A stretch of DNA of 64,000 nt from Octopus sinensis (Eukaryota). How positions within the stretch are numbered: the first letter of the stretch is position 1; each line of letters starts with the position of its first letter. The notes under the pieces were generated by a model. It was not told the DNA's origin, searched no databases, and saw nothing but the letters and a program-made list of their open reading frames with translations. The position numbers were made by a program, and so were the translations under genes. This document shows, one piece after another, positions 23,467 to 36,003 of this stretch. The DNA lies in NCBI RefSeq assembly GCF_006345805.1, contig NW_021835991.1, positions 186,001 to 250,000 of the forward strand. The letters are read 5' to 3'.

Positions 23467-24627
23467 TGATAATTTTGAGAAATCCTTCCAACAAATTAGA
23501 TCGTTTTTTCGATTTGTCTGACCCAATAAAATTCTCGAATAATCTGAATTCTTGGTTAAACTATTGTCAGGAAAAAGAAAAATTAAATTTGAAATGGCTA
23601 CGGAATGCAAAGTTCGAATTAAAATGATATAAACCTCACTTTTGTTCTGATTTTTTAACGCAATTTCTTCGATGATTTGTTCTTATCACGAATAGGTAAT
23701 TTTCAATATTATGGAAATTGATTATTGACAAACAAATACAGTTTTAGTTAAAAAAATTCGTGCTCTTCAAGAGCTTTCATTTCTTCACACTCTTTACGAT
23801 GTATACTGAGCTTTTCAATATACTGCTGTTTTTGATTAAATCTCTATAAATACCCTGTGTGAGGCAATTAAATCTGAAGTAAAACTCTGTATGGAAATCA
23901 GGCATTCTAATTTTCTTTCGTTTTTACCGACATCACCAATGGTGTCCCATATATATCAATTGAGAGAAGACGGACTCTTTGTTAAATCCGCTCAATACAC
24001 GTGGTTACAATTGACATTAACAAGAATTCGCAAAGAAAATGTTTTATGGGCACATGGTGTATTGGACCTGATGGAGATATCATAAACCAGAGTGCACTCC
24101 ATCTTCATACAGCATAAATGGCATATATATCAATGACAAATGTGAACTCGTTATTCCGAATCTAGATGACACTGTAAAAGCTTACGATCTAGTAGTCAAT
24201 CTAACAAAAAAATGAAAAGAGTATTGAAGAGGTTTTGAACAAGTTATTTCATCAACTGAAGAAGAAAAAATGATAGTCAAAGAGAGAAATGGATAACCAA
24301 GTCTGAACAAACTGGGCTGGATGAAGTCATTAAAGCATAAAAGAGTGTTTGTCATTTACTACCTTCTGGTTACGTGGAAATTGTGGTTACGTGGAGATTT
24401 TTCCTATACTGATAGCGTTTATTGGTTATTCAATAAATATTGATCACGTAATAGTACTCAGATAAAATAAAAAATCAATAACCCAATTCAAAAAATAAAA
24501 CTACCAAAATGACAAATCCAATATCTATTTTACTGATTGGAATGTAAAAACATTTTACAAAACAAAATTAAATCAGGAAATAAACAATTAAAGCATATTA
24601 CAATATTGATAAGACAAACACAGAACT

Positions 24628-25199
24628 TTTTTTTAAGTAGATGACAAGTTATTATTCTTTGAAGTTTAATATTAATTAATTAATTAGTATGACCCTAGGA
24701 TAGCGTGTGAATTTCCGCGGACAATTGCACACGAAATCCTCTGGAAGAGCCACGACGTCTCCCGCGGATCACCTGTTTTTTTGGTGATTAGACCACCCAA
24801 TCTTCGAATGAACGAAAAACTCTCTGTTCCAAAGACTCCGGAAGTCTCCACAGCGATCGGCTGGAAAAGATATCTGTCTGCCAGGAAAGAGTATTTCTTT
24901 TTCTTCAACTCTTCAGAACGTTTTGCAGCAGAGCCAGGAAAGGATGCCGAACTTCCGAATGAAGAAGGTCCAAACGTGTCAGGGCAGGTAAAATCCCAAA
25001 CAAGTGCTTTCCCTCTCGTGTACGGGTAGATGGTTACGCCGTCTGGGCGTTTGCCATCCCCTCTATCGAGACCAGCTGGTTCGAGTTGAGAGTGGAATCC
25101 GGCAGCGTCCAAGGCCCTTTTGATGATGTCATTGGCGGCGGAATGTCGGGGAAAACGACCGGCACTACGAGTGCAAGAAAGTGGGTGCCTTCCCAACAG
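24628..25199 (-). mobile_element. CRE-clade 3' fragment
   Basis: RLE ORF 24684..25196, short A tail, 11-bp TSD AACACAGAACT. Confidence 0.9.
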
Positions 25200-25497
25200 A
25201 ACACAGAACTAACAATTATAAACAATCGAAAGATTGGAATCAAAATCCGGTATCTATTTTACTGATTGGAATGTAAAAACATTTCACAAACAAAATTAAA
25301 TTAGAAAATAAACAATTAATGCATATTACAATATTGATAAGACAAACTCAGAACTAACAATTATAAACAATCGAAAGTCCTGCGCAAATATTAATATGCA
25401 TTCATTTGAAATAATATGAATAATAATATGAATTAATATTTACAAAATGTGAAAAGTAAAAAAATGTGCCACGTTATAATAAATAGTAAAAGATTTA

Positions 25498-28400
25498 TTT
25501 TTTTTTTTTTTTTTTTTTTTTTTGAAAACAAAAATTAAACGAAAATTAAAAATTAATTGATATTCTCTCTTCTCTTAGGGGAACTACTCCGTTGACCGGT
25601 CATGTCTTGACACCTCTCCTCTTCGTATTGCAGTAAGAAAGCAGACTCCTCTGGCAAGTCAACTGACACTCCCAGTTCTTCTCCTCTAGCGATAAGACTA
25701 TCCGTTTCCTTCTCAATTTGGTAGTTGTCGACCTTCATGCCATGTTTGTATTCAACGACCATGCTCTCCAGGGTTTTCTTGATTGTCACTGATTGAATGT
25801 ACGCCTTAGTCGGGACCTCTATATTCAACTTTTTCATGTAGGACTTATAGAACTTGGTCACTACCCCATCCCATGTCAATACGACAGGGACTATCGTGAC
25901 TTTTGCCTTGTGAATCTGTGCCAATTCTCCAGCAAGTAGATCATACTTGTGGAGTTTCTCTACTTCGACTTGCTTTAACCTGTCCTGGGATGTGACCCCG
26001 ACTTCGATTATCGTTATCTCATTTTTCATTTTATCAAGCACGAAAATGTCTGGCTTGTTGTTTTTAACTTCAATGTCGGTCTGCAACGTCATGTCTACTC
26101 GTATTTCAACACGACTATTTTCCACGACCGACTGGACTGAGTGTGCTTTCAATTTCTTGCATTTCTTTATTCCGTACTGACGACAGACGTGTAGATGTAT
26201 GCATCTGACAATTTCATTGTGTCTTCGCATGTATGACCCGTGAAGCATTCTGCTACATCGAGTAGCTAGGTGATCCACGGTTTTTCTTGCCGAGCCGCAA
26301 TGGTTACAATTAGGCTTTGCCTCTCCGAAAAACAAATTGCGATCCTGGGCCAAGCAATATAGTGCCTCGGCCTTTGGGCCATTGTTCCCATTGGCTAGCC
26401 ATACATTGGACTCCACGATATCAGCACTCGGTTCCTGAATGCATTTAAACAGCGTTGAATGTATCATCTTAGATTTAATGGTGTCCATTAGTCTTTTCTT
26501 CTGGCACTCCTTAATAAGGTTTACATCCAATTTTGATTGGTCTTCCAGATTGTACTTGAGAGCGAGAAATCTTGCAATCGTGGTCATATGTGTTTTCTTT
26601 TCTCTCAAGACCCGCAAGATTCCTGCTCTTCTGAGGCACAACGAGGCTTTTCTTTCAAGGTCGGAGAGAAATTGGAGCAGGATGCATTCGCTCTTATTGG
26701 AAATTGAGATTAAGCCTCTTCCAAAACCATTTCTGCCGAGATATAATCTTTCTTTATTAGCGGGCTTCAGATGGATTCGTAAAGTAGTTAGAATGCGACG
26801 AATTACCAGATCAATGGCATCAAACTCACTCGGTTCAATGTCGATCAATCCGATATAGTAGTTGTAGAGAGAGAGTGCATATTCGTTTATCGCTTTAAAG
26901 AGGTTTACTGCACTTAACTTTGTTTTTGCAAGACTCTCGATTCTCTCTTTCACGTTTCGAGCAATTGTTTTCATTACCTCGATTTTCTTGACATCACTTC
27001 CTCTATCCTCCAAGACTCCCAGGTATCGATACCCAGCACACCCATCCAGACATTTTGTATCTTTCACATAGTCCAGGTTAGTCGCAGACTTTTCCGAGTT
27101 CCTCTTGAGGCCAACGGCATCAAAATATTCATCGACATCTTCCATCATTTTTAGAACGGTGTCTTCTTTCTCAGCAATTATTTTCAGGTCGTCAATAAAC
27201 AACAAATGGTTTGTTGAATATGAAACCGTGAACGGGTCATTTTGACCTATACGCACCTTCGGGAACTTCATATTCAAGCTCCTACTTAACGGATCCATTA
27301 CCAGAGTGAAGAGTTGTGGAGAGAGTGAGTCTCCTTGTAAGATTCCTCTTTCCAATTTTACAGTTCCAATTCTCTTATTGTTAAGTGTCAAAATGACATT
27401 CCAATTTTTGATTAAAGTTTTCACAAAATTTGTGATCCAATTCGGAATTCCAGACTGATCAAGCACTTGACATAAGAATTCATGATTGACAGAATCAAAT
27501 GCCTTTCTGACATCGATCCACGTTGCAAATAAGTTATTTCCATACTCACTATTGACACACTGGTTTATTAGTGCTTGTTCCTTTGCGCCTTGGCATTGCC
27601 TTCTAGCTCCCAGCTGATTATCCGAGATAAGGTTAAACGCTTCGATATAGTCTGTAAGCTTTGTATTCACACATTTAGTGACAAGTTTGTACAATATAGG
27701 CATGCAGGTAATCGGCCTTAAGTCATTTGGGGAATGGCACTTTTCATTTTTTGGAATGAGGTATGTTACTCCTGTGTAAAACCACTCAGCAGGGGAATAG
27801 CCTCCGTTCACAATTTTAAGGATCTCATCGCACAAATGGCCATGAAGAGCTTCGAACTTTTTGATAAAAAATCCATAAACTCCGTCACAACCCGCGGCTT
27901 TCCAATTGGGTACACACTGGATAACATTCTTGATAAAATCAGTTTTCACGTCACTTGGAAGCTGTTCAGCTCCAGTAATATGCTTACCAACAATAGCTTT
28001 AGGAGCACGGTTCTCCTCTTTCTTCCATACGCCCTTCCAGAAAGATAGACACTTATCTTCTGGGACTTGACAATCAGAATCTTTGTTTTCACAGTTCAGT
28101 CTTCGATAGAATCTTCTCCTGTTTAGTTCAAAACAGAAATTATCTTGTCTAAACGACTTTCTGGAGCGATAGGTTGAGATTTTTTTCTCCATAATTTTGA
28201 CTCTATCTTCAATAAGACTAGATACGCGTGCCAGCTCTCCCTTTCTGGATTTTTTGTATCCAAACGAGCATAAAATGTTCAGTGTCTTCTCTTTTTCGTC
28301 TTTAGATTGCTGGCCATTAAACTTATTAACGAAAGTTAGATTTTCTCTAAGTTTGGAAATCTTTCTTTCCGTATCCTCAAGCCATGTGCTTTTTGTTAGG

Positions 28401-29080
28401 GGTTGCCTCGTAATGTTTTCATATGAGCATTGCCCGGCATAAATTATATCCGTGATTTCATTTATGCTTGCAGGCGGAGAAGATAATATATAGTTCGAAA
28501 TCACTGCATTAATTGCGACAAGAACATCAGTCTTTAGCAATTTATACGGAATCTTCTTTGTGGGCATTCTCGCATTTCGTGGGATTGATTTAAGTTCCTG
28601 AATTTGGAGATTAAACTCTTCCTTGCATTTACCATAAATGGAGATTTCTGTCTTTGGCAATAAGTAATCTGAGGTATCCACATTATTTCGACTGCCACAG
28701 CCATTAGAGCAGGGCTTTACATTCAGTAAGTTTTTCACATCAGAGACACTCTTTTGAGTGAGAAAGCGGACGTTGAAACATTCGGCAATAAGTCTCCATC
28801 CTCCACGAGGAATTCTGCCAAATCGTCTCTTCGCTGACTCCACAACACCAGAAATCCATTTGACTTTGTCGTTAGAGTGTTCCTCACCGATCACCGATTT
28901 AAGAGGGATTAGATGGGGTGAGACATGTTCGGTAGGAGAGTTTCCACAAATTTCATGGGGATCATGTAGCCCCGAAGACTTGCTTCTTACCAATAGTTGT
29001 TGGTTATCTCTAATATCTTTTGTAAGAGAGCCCTCAGGATTTGCTTGCAGACTGGTGAAAACAGACATACACGACACCAC
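25498..29080 (-). mobile_element. R2/R4-like non-LTR retrotransposon (RT + RLE) with A26 tail
   Basis: Uninterrupted 1175-aa ORF; T26 at 25498-25523, about 30 nt after the stop. Confidence 0.92.
25553..29080 (-). CDS. RT-RLE protein
   Basis: WKAAGCDG, LRPITC, KAFDSV, GILQGDSLSP, LFIDD, CNHC...HLATRC, RHNE, KPDI, IEV, K..KY. Confidence 0.92.
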   Translation of the reverse strand: MVSCMSVFTSLQANPEGSLTKDIRDNQQLLVRSKSSGLHDPHEICGNSPTEHVSPHLIPLKSVIGEEHSNDKVKWISGVVESAKRRFGRIPRGGWRLIAECFNVRFLTQKSVSDVKNLLNVKPCSNGCGSRNNVDTSDYLLPKTEISIYGKCKEEFNLQIQELKSIPRNARMPTKKIPYKLLKTDVLVAINAVISNYILSSPPASINEITDIIYAGQCSYENITRQPLTKSTWLEDTERKISKLRENLTFVNKFNGQQSKDEKEKTLNILCSFGYKKSRKGELARVSSLIEDRVKIMEKKISTYRSRKSFRQDNFCFELNRRRFYRRLNCENKDSDCQVPEDKCLSFWKGVWKKEENRAPKAIVGKHITGAEQLPSDVKTDFIKNVIQCVPNWKAAGCDGVYGFFIKKFEALHGHLCDEILKIVNGGYSPAEWFYTGVTYLIPKNEKCHSPNDLRPITCMPILYKLVTKCVNTKLTDYIEAFNLISDNQLGARRQCQGAKEQALINQCVNSEYGNNLFATWIDVRKAFDSVNHEFLCQVLDQSGIPNWITNFVKTLIKNWNVILTLNNKRIGTVKLERGILQGDSLSPQLFTLVMDPLSRSLNMKFPKVRIGQNDPFTVSYSTNHLLFIDDLKIIAEKEDTVLKMMEDVDEYFDAVGLKRNSEKSATNLDYVKDTKCLDGCAGYRYLGVLEDRGSDVKKIEVMKTIARNVKERIESLAKTKLSAVNLFKAINEYALSLYNYYIGLIDIEPSEFDAIDLVIRRILTTLRIHLKPANKERLYLGRNGFGRGLISISNKSECILLQFLSDLERKASLCLRRAGILRVLREKKTHMTTIARFLALKYNLEDQSKLDVNLIKECQKKRLMDTIKSKMIHSTLFKCIQEPSADIVESNVWLANGNNGPKAEALYCLAQDRNLFFGEAKPNCNHCGSARKTVDHLATRCSRMLHGSYMRRHNEIVRCIHLHVCRQYGIKKCKKLKAHSVQSVVENSRVEIRVDMTLQTDIEVKNNKPDIFVLDKMKNEITIIEVGVTSQDRLKQVEVEKLHKYDLLAGELAQIHKAKVTIVPVVLTWDGVVTKFYKSYMKKLNIEVPTKAYIQSVTIKKTLESMVVEYKHGMKVDNYQIEKETDSLIARGEELGVSVDLPEESAFLLQYEEERCQDMTGQRSSSPKRRENIN

Positions 29081-30289
29081 AAGAAATTATATAGATTTTT
29101 TTATATAAATAGTAAAATATTATGTAAAATTTTATTATATTTATTCGAATTATTAAAAAAATTTAATAACAAAAATAGATAATATTTAAAAGTTTAATAG
29201 CATAGGAAGAATATTTTAGCAAATTCGGCAAAAAAATTTTTTTCCTAAAACAATGCATTGTTCACACTGATGGTCTGATTAGGCACTTGTGTGCACGTTT
29301 TTTCGATATTTTGACAGGCAAATGTATAAGCGGGAAACTATTCGGTATGAAAAACAGTGATATATAAATTTAATCATGTTTTTTTACATTCTGAGATCAA
29401 CTTAAAACTCTACAAACTGACAGAACTAAACATACTTAAGCACGCAAATCTTTTTTTTGGAAAACGCAAATAAATCACAAGCAATGTTGATTTCCAATTC
29501 TGAAATTGTTTATGAAACAAACAGGCTGTGAACAAATATAAAAAGTCTGCTTTAACTTACTCCCCTTCCCATCGAATTAAAAACAGAAATGACTTATGCA
29601 AAATGCCAGGTCTACATTTAATTCTCTATCCAGCTAGTAAGCTGTCGCTTTGTTTGACAGACTAGAAAGAAATGACAGAACTGCTCGGGTTATTCTCATT
29701 ACCTGGGACTACTCATTAATAAACCAACGTTGATTTATTAGAAAATATACATCTGACGGATGTCTGAGTGAGGACTCTCTCGAGGTAGATTATCCTCATG
29801 CGGGAGGAGTTGGTCCTCACTCAACAATTTAAGGAATGAGACAAGTTGTGTCATTCGTGGAATCTCATTTCTGTAGTGATCGAATACTTTTTGAGCATAT
29901 ACTTCCCACAAAATGTAACCACTGTCACTTTGGGTGTCTTTGAACGTGAAGACTTTCCCTATACTGAAGACATGTCTTCTTTCTTACCAGCAGGAAAGAG
30001 TGAGTTGGCTGAGGTTTTTCCACAAATATGGACTATGTGGAATACTGGCCGACGATATGGGAAGACACTCCAAGTACTAGTCTCCCTCCATAGCCACTAC
30101 AAGTCCAATTTTATTGGTAAGAAATCTTTCTCGACATTTTGTCAGGACTGTATTGTACCTTAGAAATCAGGATGTCAGGTCTAACCTCAGGATGTGTTCC
30201 ATCAGAGGGCTGATTGAATAAAAATCTATCTCAAGGTCTTTTTGCAGTAATCAATGTTATAGGTGCTTTAGTGGCCATTAATTTTTTGG

Positions 30290-31020
30290 ACTATGAAAGA
30301 TTTCAGCTAGATCTTGTAGATCTAAAAAAGTTTTCAGTCGTAAATAATAATCACAAATGGATTTTAACAGTCATCGATGTTTATAGTAGGTTTGTAGTAG
30401 GTCTCTCAACAATTTATTCAGATTTGCATTTGTCAGACCACTTTCTTCAAAAGAAGTATGCAACAACTTAAGATCACTTTTCTGCCTATATGGACATTGC
30501 AAAATTTTGCAATCAGATAATTTTTCAGAATTCAAGAATGTGTCTCTGAAACATTTCTAACGAATATTGATTTTTTAAGTACTGGGGGAAAAAACCTAGT
30601 CTTAGGTACCGCGAGCACAAAAAGGTTGGGAAACGCTGATATAAAGAAACACTAGAAAAAATCAAAGAAATAAAGAACCCCAACTTTGATACCTCGTCAA
30701 TCGAGCGGGATGAACGATACAGGCTCACAAATCGGGAAGGAAATTTTATTTTGAAACATATTTTCGAATGGGTTAAATTACGTTTTTCTGTGATGAAATC
30801 GAATTAAGTGCGTTGAGGCGCAACTTAATAAATAAAAGTTAGGCGGAACATAACCACTTTGGGAGAGATCGGCTTTTTTCGAAATTAAGAAATCTCAAAT
30901 ATGGATTGAATAGAGAAGAAATCTGTAAGGTGATTTCGTTTTGTGCTTTCTGTCTGGTAATAACTCCTTTCAGTAAATATTTCTAGTCCAAAAAAATTAT
31001 TGTCTACGAATCCTCCAATT
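30290..31020 (+). mobile_element. Two adjacent intron-containing integrase relics
   Basis: FQLDLVDL...WILTVIDVYSR|intron|FAF; then HNHFGRD...CAFC. Confidence 0.7.
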
Positions 31021-31077
31021 ACGTGTAAAGTTAGGCGTTTGTTTAATATGTGTAAAGTTAAGGGCATTTATTTAATA

Positions 31078-31954
31078 TGTCACAAGGGTGATCAGACCCC
31101 TATGGGCAACCTGGCCTTTACGTGTTCCATGGCAACTACATAGCAAATATTTACTAAAAGGCCAACTAAAATAAAGGCAATCGATCCGAACTAATGATTG
31201 AACTTTAAATTTTTGAGAAAATGATGTTTTATATTTGAACCATGCTTGCTTTAAAATAATAAAATTCTTTACAACATTAGCAAATTATAACGTGAATTAT
31301 TTTTATTTTTGATAATATAAATTGCAACATTAGCAAATTATAATTTACATCAAATTTTTTGCAAAGTTTGTAACAACTTTAACTCTAACCTTAACCCAAA
31401 CCCAAACCCTAACGTTGGCAAGTGACAACATAAATATTCAAAATCTAACCCTAACCTTAATCCAAACCCTAACGTTGGCAAGTGACAACATAAATATTCA
31501 AAATCTAAACCCTAACCTTAACCCAAACCCTAACGTTGGCAAGTGCCAACATAAATATTCAAAATCTAACCCTGACCTTAACCCAAACCCTAACTCGAAA
31601 TTAAATGATGTTTCTGCTGACGATTCTTCAGACATTTTTTACAAAAATTGGAAGCCTTTTTGGCCAACCGGTGTTTGCTTCGAGCATTCATATCCTCCGG
31701 GAATATCCCGATTAACGCTTCCTTAATTTGATTGTATTCGTTAATATTTCTGACGTAACCCTTAAACCCAGACATCACAAAGTGTGAGTAACCACGCTGT
31801 TAAAATTAATATACTTTTGGGTAAGCCATTTTAAAAGATAATTCAAATGTAATTTTAAATTAGAATAATTGATTAATCTACACTCTTCCATATATAAATT
31901 GCTATATTCAATATTTAACTGGCTGCCCATAGCGACATAGTCGCCCATGTGACA
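31078..31954 (-). mobile_element. Non-autonomous Ginger-like element with telomere-like repeats
   Basis: TGTCACA...TGTGACA ends; TSD TAATA; absent from copy B. Retains an integrase N-terminus (MSGFKGYVRNINEY...) homologous to 4211 (MSAYKGYVKNSLEY...). Confidence 0.88.
31381..31595 (+). repeat. 60-bp tandem repeat (about 3.5 units) containing TAACCC-like hexamers
   Basis: Successive 60-nt lines align directly. Confidence 0.95.
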
Positions 31955-33602
31955 TAATATGTGTGAAGTTAGAGGCGTTTGTTTAATATGTGTTATATTG
32001 ATGTTATAAAAAATTATATTATAATTTTTCCCATGTTTATTGTAGGTAGTACATACGAAACAACTTTAAGAGAACTTCTAGGAAGTGATACAATCGGGAT
32101 AATATCATTTTTTAAGGCAAAAGGACTAATGAAATCAAAAATGATGTGTGTTTACTGCAAAAAAAAAATGGTTTGGGTTTTCAAGCGTACCTTATCTGAC
32201 CAATATACTTGGAAATGTCAGAATCAAAACTGTTCAAAATACAAGACCACATTGTCAATACGAACAGGTTCTGTTTGGGCTACTTCGAGTATAAACCTCA
32301 AAACATGGTTAGATATTTTGTATAGGTGAAGCAATGAAGAATCAATTGTTATGATTAAAAAATCACTGACTGTATCATCTCCAACACTTATAGATATTTT
32401 TAAAACCATTAGAAAATGTATTAACAGACACTTTGAAAGTAATCCCGTAAAATTGGGTGGAGAAAATGTAGTCTGCCAAATCGATGAAAGTCTCTTTTGT
32501 CATAAACAAAAGTACCATCGGGGTAGACTTGCTAATTCTCAAGTGTGGGTATTCGGTATTGTTGATACCTCATTTTCACCGGCAAAACGTTTTATGCGAG
32601 TGGTTCCAAATCGATCAGGGCCACTTTAAAACCAATTATCTGTGAAGTGATTCTGTCAGGATCAATTATCCATAGTGATGAATGGAGGGCCTATTCCAAT
32701 TTGAATGTTTTTGGGTATGACCACGCTACTGTAAACCACTCAAATAACTTTATTGAACCAACCACCGGTGTTCATACCCAACATGTGGAGTCCTATTGGA
32801 ATAAAAACAAATTGCGTTGTAAGAAAATGAAAGGTGTCAAAAAAGAATTTTTACAAGACTACCTAAACGAATTTGTGTGGCGTGACAACGTAATTGGTGA
32901 TCCTTTTGAAAAGTTAATGGAGCTTTTGAAAAATTATTATGTTGTTCAATAAACTTGTTTCTAAAGTATAGTATTTATTTATAAATTTGATTTTTAGTTT
33001 TAATTATTTTAATGTTTTCGTCGAATGTTTGACATGTATAAATTTAGGGGCGTTTGTTTAATATGTGTAAATTTAGGGGCGTTTGTTTAATATGTATGAA
33101 TTTAAGGGCGTTTGTTTGATATGTGTAAATTTGGGGCGTTTGTTTAATGTGATCCAAAACATGTACGTGGGAGGCCTCATGCTCCTTTGATACAAGGGTA
33201 AGTCGAGAGGTTAATGATTTAAAATCGATTTGTAGATTCAATCAAAGCATAAAACGCTGGATATCGTCGGCAAGTTCTTCTCGAAAATGTTTTGGACGAT
33301 ATTTCCCATTTTATATATTCATGGGTGTTGAAAATCCTGGAAGGATTGATGAAGCGGAAATTTAGCAACTTATAGCTTATGATTCGACAGGATTATCAAA
33401 TGTTCGATAAAGTGCATTAGAAAATTTAATAATTGCTGACGAAAAAAAAGTTGAAAAAAGAAATTATCATAAAAATAAACATTACACACAGCAAGATTTA
33501 TCTCTTTACAGTGCAACCCCTTATTGGGCGACCCCGGACGTGGGGCACCCTCGGGTTTTGGGGCAATTTGAATTTCTATTATGAGTTTTTCTGTTTATTC
33601 TT

Positions 33603-35253
33603 CCGAATCTCTAGAGCCATGAATAAACAAGCCTCTATTTCGGCCATGTGGACGATGCTGAGACGCTTAAAGAATCCTGACGAGCGTAAAACAGAAACAT
33701 ACCAGCTCAATCTAAACAATTTTATGAAACACTGTGTCAAGATTAGTCATATTCCTTATAAAAAAATGAACTCACAGCCAAGATTAGAATCAAAGCCATC
33801 CAAAAGGCCCCCGACGACTTATTTTCTTCCTGAAGAGGTGTCTGAAACAATCTCGAATCAGAAGAAAACAAACTCATGTGGACCAAATGGAATTCCACTT
33901 ATTCTACTAAAACCCTTGGGCCCAGTTTCAATAAATGCTTTAACCACGATCTATAACACATCATTATTCACGAACTCTATACCGAACTTATGGAAACTAT
34001 CAAAAATCCGGCCAATATTAAAACCTGGAAGAGGGAAAAACGACCCCGGCTCCTATAGATCAATATCCCTTATATGTGTGCTGTCAAGAATCTTGGAAAA
34101 ACTGGTCCTAAAACATATTCGCCCTTTCCTCCCACAATCCACATTCCAACATGGATTCAAGGAAGGATTGTCAACGACCTCCTTCCTCACCACACTAACA
34201 GATTTCATAAATGAAGGACACAAAAAGAAGAAATTGCAGGAGAAATCAATTGTATGCACTATCGACATTCAAAAAGCGTTTGACTCCGTCTCAAGGAAGA
34301 TCCTAATTCAAAAGATATTTGGTACACAAATTTGTACACCTATGAAGCTATGGATAGCGAATTTTTTGAGCGGACGTCGTGGGAAAGTGTGCGTCGGGAA
34401 CGAGAGTTCAAGATCACGCTTATTTCCCAATGGTGTCTCCAGGGTTCTCCTTTATCCCCGACCCTCTTCAACTTGTTTCTGAATGATCTCCCGGTTCCTA
34501 TGGATAATAATGACATACTACTCTCCTATGCCGATGACATAGTTGTCGCATCTAGGGATGTAAATGTCGAATACGCGAAGGAAAGACTACAAAGAATACT
34601 GGACGACTTATATGGATGGCTATATGAAAACAGACTACATGCATGTTCCGAAAAGTCAGCAGTCACTCTATTCACGAAAAACAGGAAAATGGGGACGAAA
34701 ACTATTGAAGTCACGCTGAATGGAGTCCCAATACCACAAAAGAAAACACAGAAGATATTGGGTGTAACGTTTGATATTTTCCTCTGTTTTTCACCTCATG
34801 TTGAATCGATCGTGTCAACCTGTATAAAGAAAATCAATTTCGTGAAAGCCTTCCTTTGGAACTGCGGGAGAGCTTATCCGCCAGGGGTAGAGACCCTTTA
34901 CAAGCAGTATATCGAGTCAACAATAGGCTATGCATGTGCTGCTTGGGGCTGTAACCTGGCGGCAACGAACCAACTAAAAATCGAAAAAATCCAAGAAAAA
35001 TCTATAAACCTACTGAAGGACCATACCGACAGGAAAATTGTCCATCGAACACTGGAGTCTCTCGTAGAGGCAAATGGGGGGGATCGTGGAGATGGACCAC
35101 AAAAATTTCACCGTACATACAGAAAGTGTGTGGGGTCACGGTCTGAACATCGTGAAAAGATAGCTCGACTGTTGAGAAGTGTCGGAATCACCTGAACACG
35201 TTAGTTAATGGTTAAGACGGTGATTCTGTTTTTTGGCTTAAATGTTTTTTGGC
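33603..35253 (+). mobile_element. I/jockey-like LINE RT segment, truncated at both ends
   Basis: YRSISL, KAFDS, QGSPLSP, YADD; frameshift near 34440; flanked by a 32-bp duplication. Confidence 0.88.
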
Positions 35254-35318
35254 AATTTCTATTAGGAGTTTTTCTGTTTATTCTTTATAAGATAATCCCC
35301 GTTATGGGGCATTTAATA

Positions 35319-36003
35319 TGTCACATGCCCCACGCGTTACCATTGCTCTAAATTTTTAAAATTTCAATTAAAAATATTTAGATGATTGAAATATATTTAC
35401 TTATTAATTTAAAAATTAATAATATTATGGATTTTATTTTTTCAATGCTTAACCATTAAAATTAAAAAACAATAAATTAAGCATGCTGTTTAATGTCGGG
35501 GTTAGGGCTAGGGTAAAGGTTAGGGTCAGGATTAGGGTCAGGATTAGTGTAAAGGTTAGGGTTTGAAAAAATTTGAAAGTGCTTGTTGTGATACTGTCAC
35601 GATCAAATCAATCTTACCTAATAACCGCGTTAATGTAGAATTTTCAAATAGAGATACAAAGATAGTTTACAAGAAATGAATCAAATAAAGGACAAAATAA
35701 TTAATTTTAAATTTTATAAACTATCAAATTATGTTACTTTAAAGCTTTTCACACAATTCACATTATTTAAAGTATGTTTTAATGTCCGTAGCAGTCATAA
35801 TGTTTTGTTGTATTAAAAATATTATTTTAATTTATTTATTTTAAAGCATCTTTTAGTATATCATTAAATTGTACTCTAATTAACTTTATATATAATTTGA
35901 ATTTTATGACCTTATGATTGATTTTTTAATTTTTCTAAAAAATGAAAAATCATATTTCTCAGAGGTAACGAGTGGGGCATAGTAATCGCAGAGGCATGTG
36001 ACA
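35319..36003. mobile_element. Non-autonomous TGTCACA-TIR element with (TTAGGG)-like tract
   Basis: TIR TGTCACATGCC; TSD TAATA at 35314-35318 and 36004-36008; absent from copy B; repeats at 35498-35563. Confidence 0.85.

Larger units (their letters stand above)
31025..33155 (+). mobile_element. Merlin (IS1016/ISXO2-like) element, left TIR deleted
   Basis: C2C2 finger, QIDES, IIHSDEWRAY, HTQHVESYW; right TIR ...GTGATCC followed by AAAACATG. Confidence 0.88.

Noticed and set aside
25947-29182. Plus-strand ORFs overlapping the RT-RLE gene, and similar shadows over the CRE ORFs
   Set aside because: Antisense or alternate-frame shadows with no motifs.
29080-29500. HDV-like ribozyme at the 5' end of the R2/R4-like element
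   Set aside because: The region is very AT-rich and I could not build the nested pseudoknot; a covariance search would be needed.
31381-31595. CRISPR array or true chromosome end
   Set aside because: Units are contiguous with no unique spacers, lie inside a TIR element with a TSD, and have ordinary sequence on both sides.
31415-31726. 103-aa ORF with NPNLNP repeats
   Set aside because: By-product of the 60-bp repeat, and antisense to the integrase N-terminus.
32320-32335. TGA read as Trp (in-frame TGA at a Trp-like site in both Merlin copies and in integrase relics)
   Set aside because: The copies descend from one duplication. TGG encodes Trp in the host genes and long ORFs, no long ORF needs TGA readthrough, and the CRE ORF ends at TGA.
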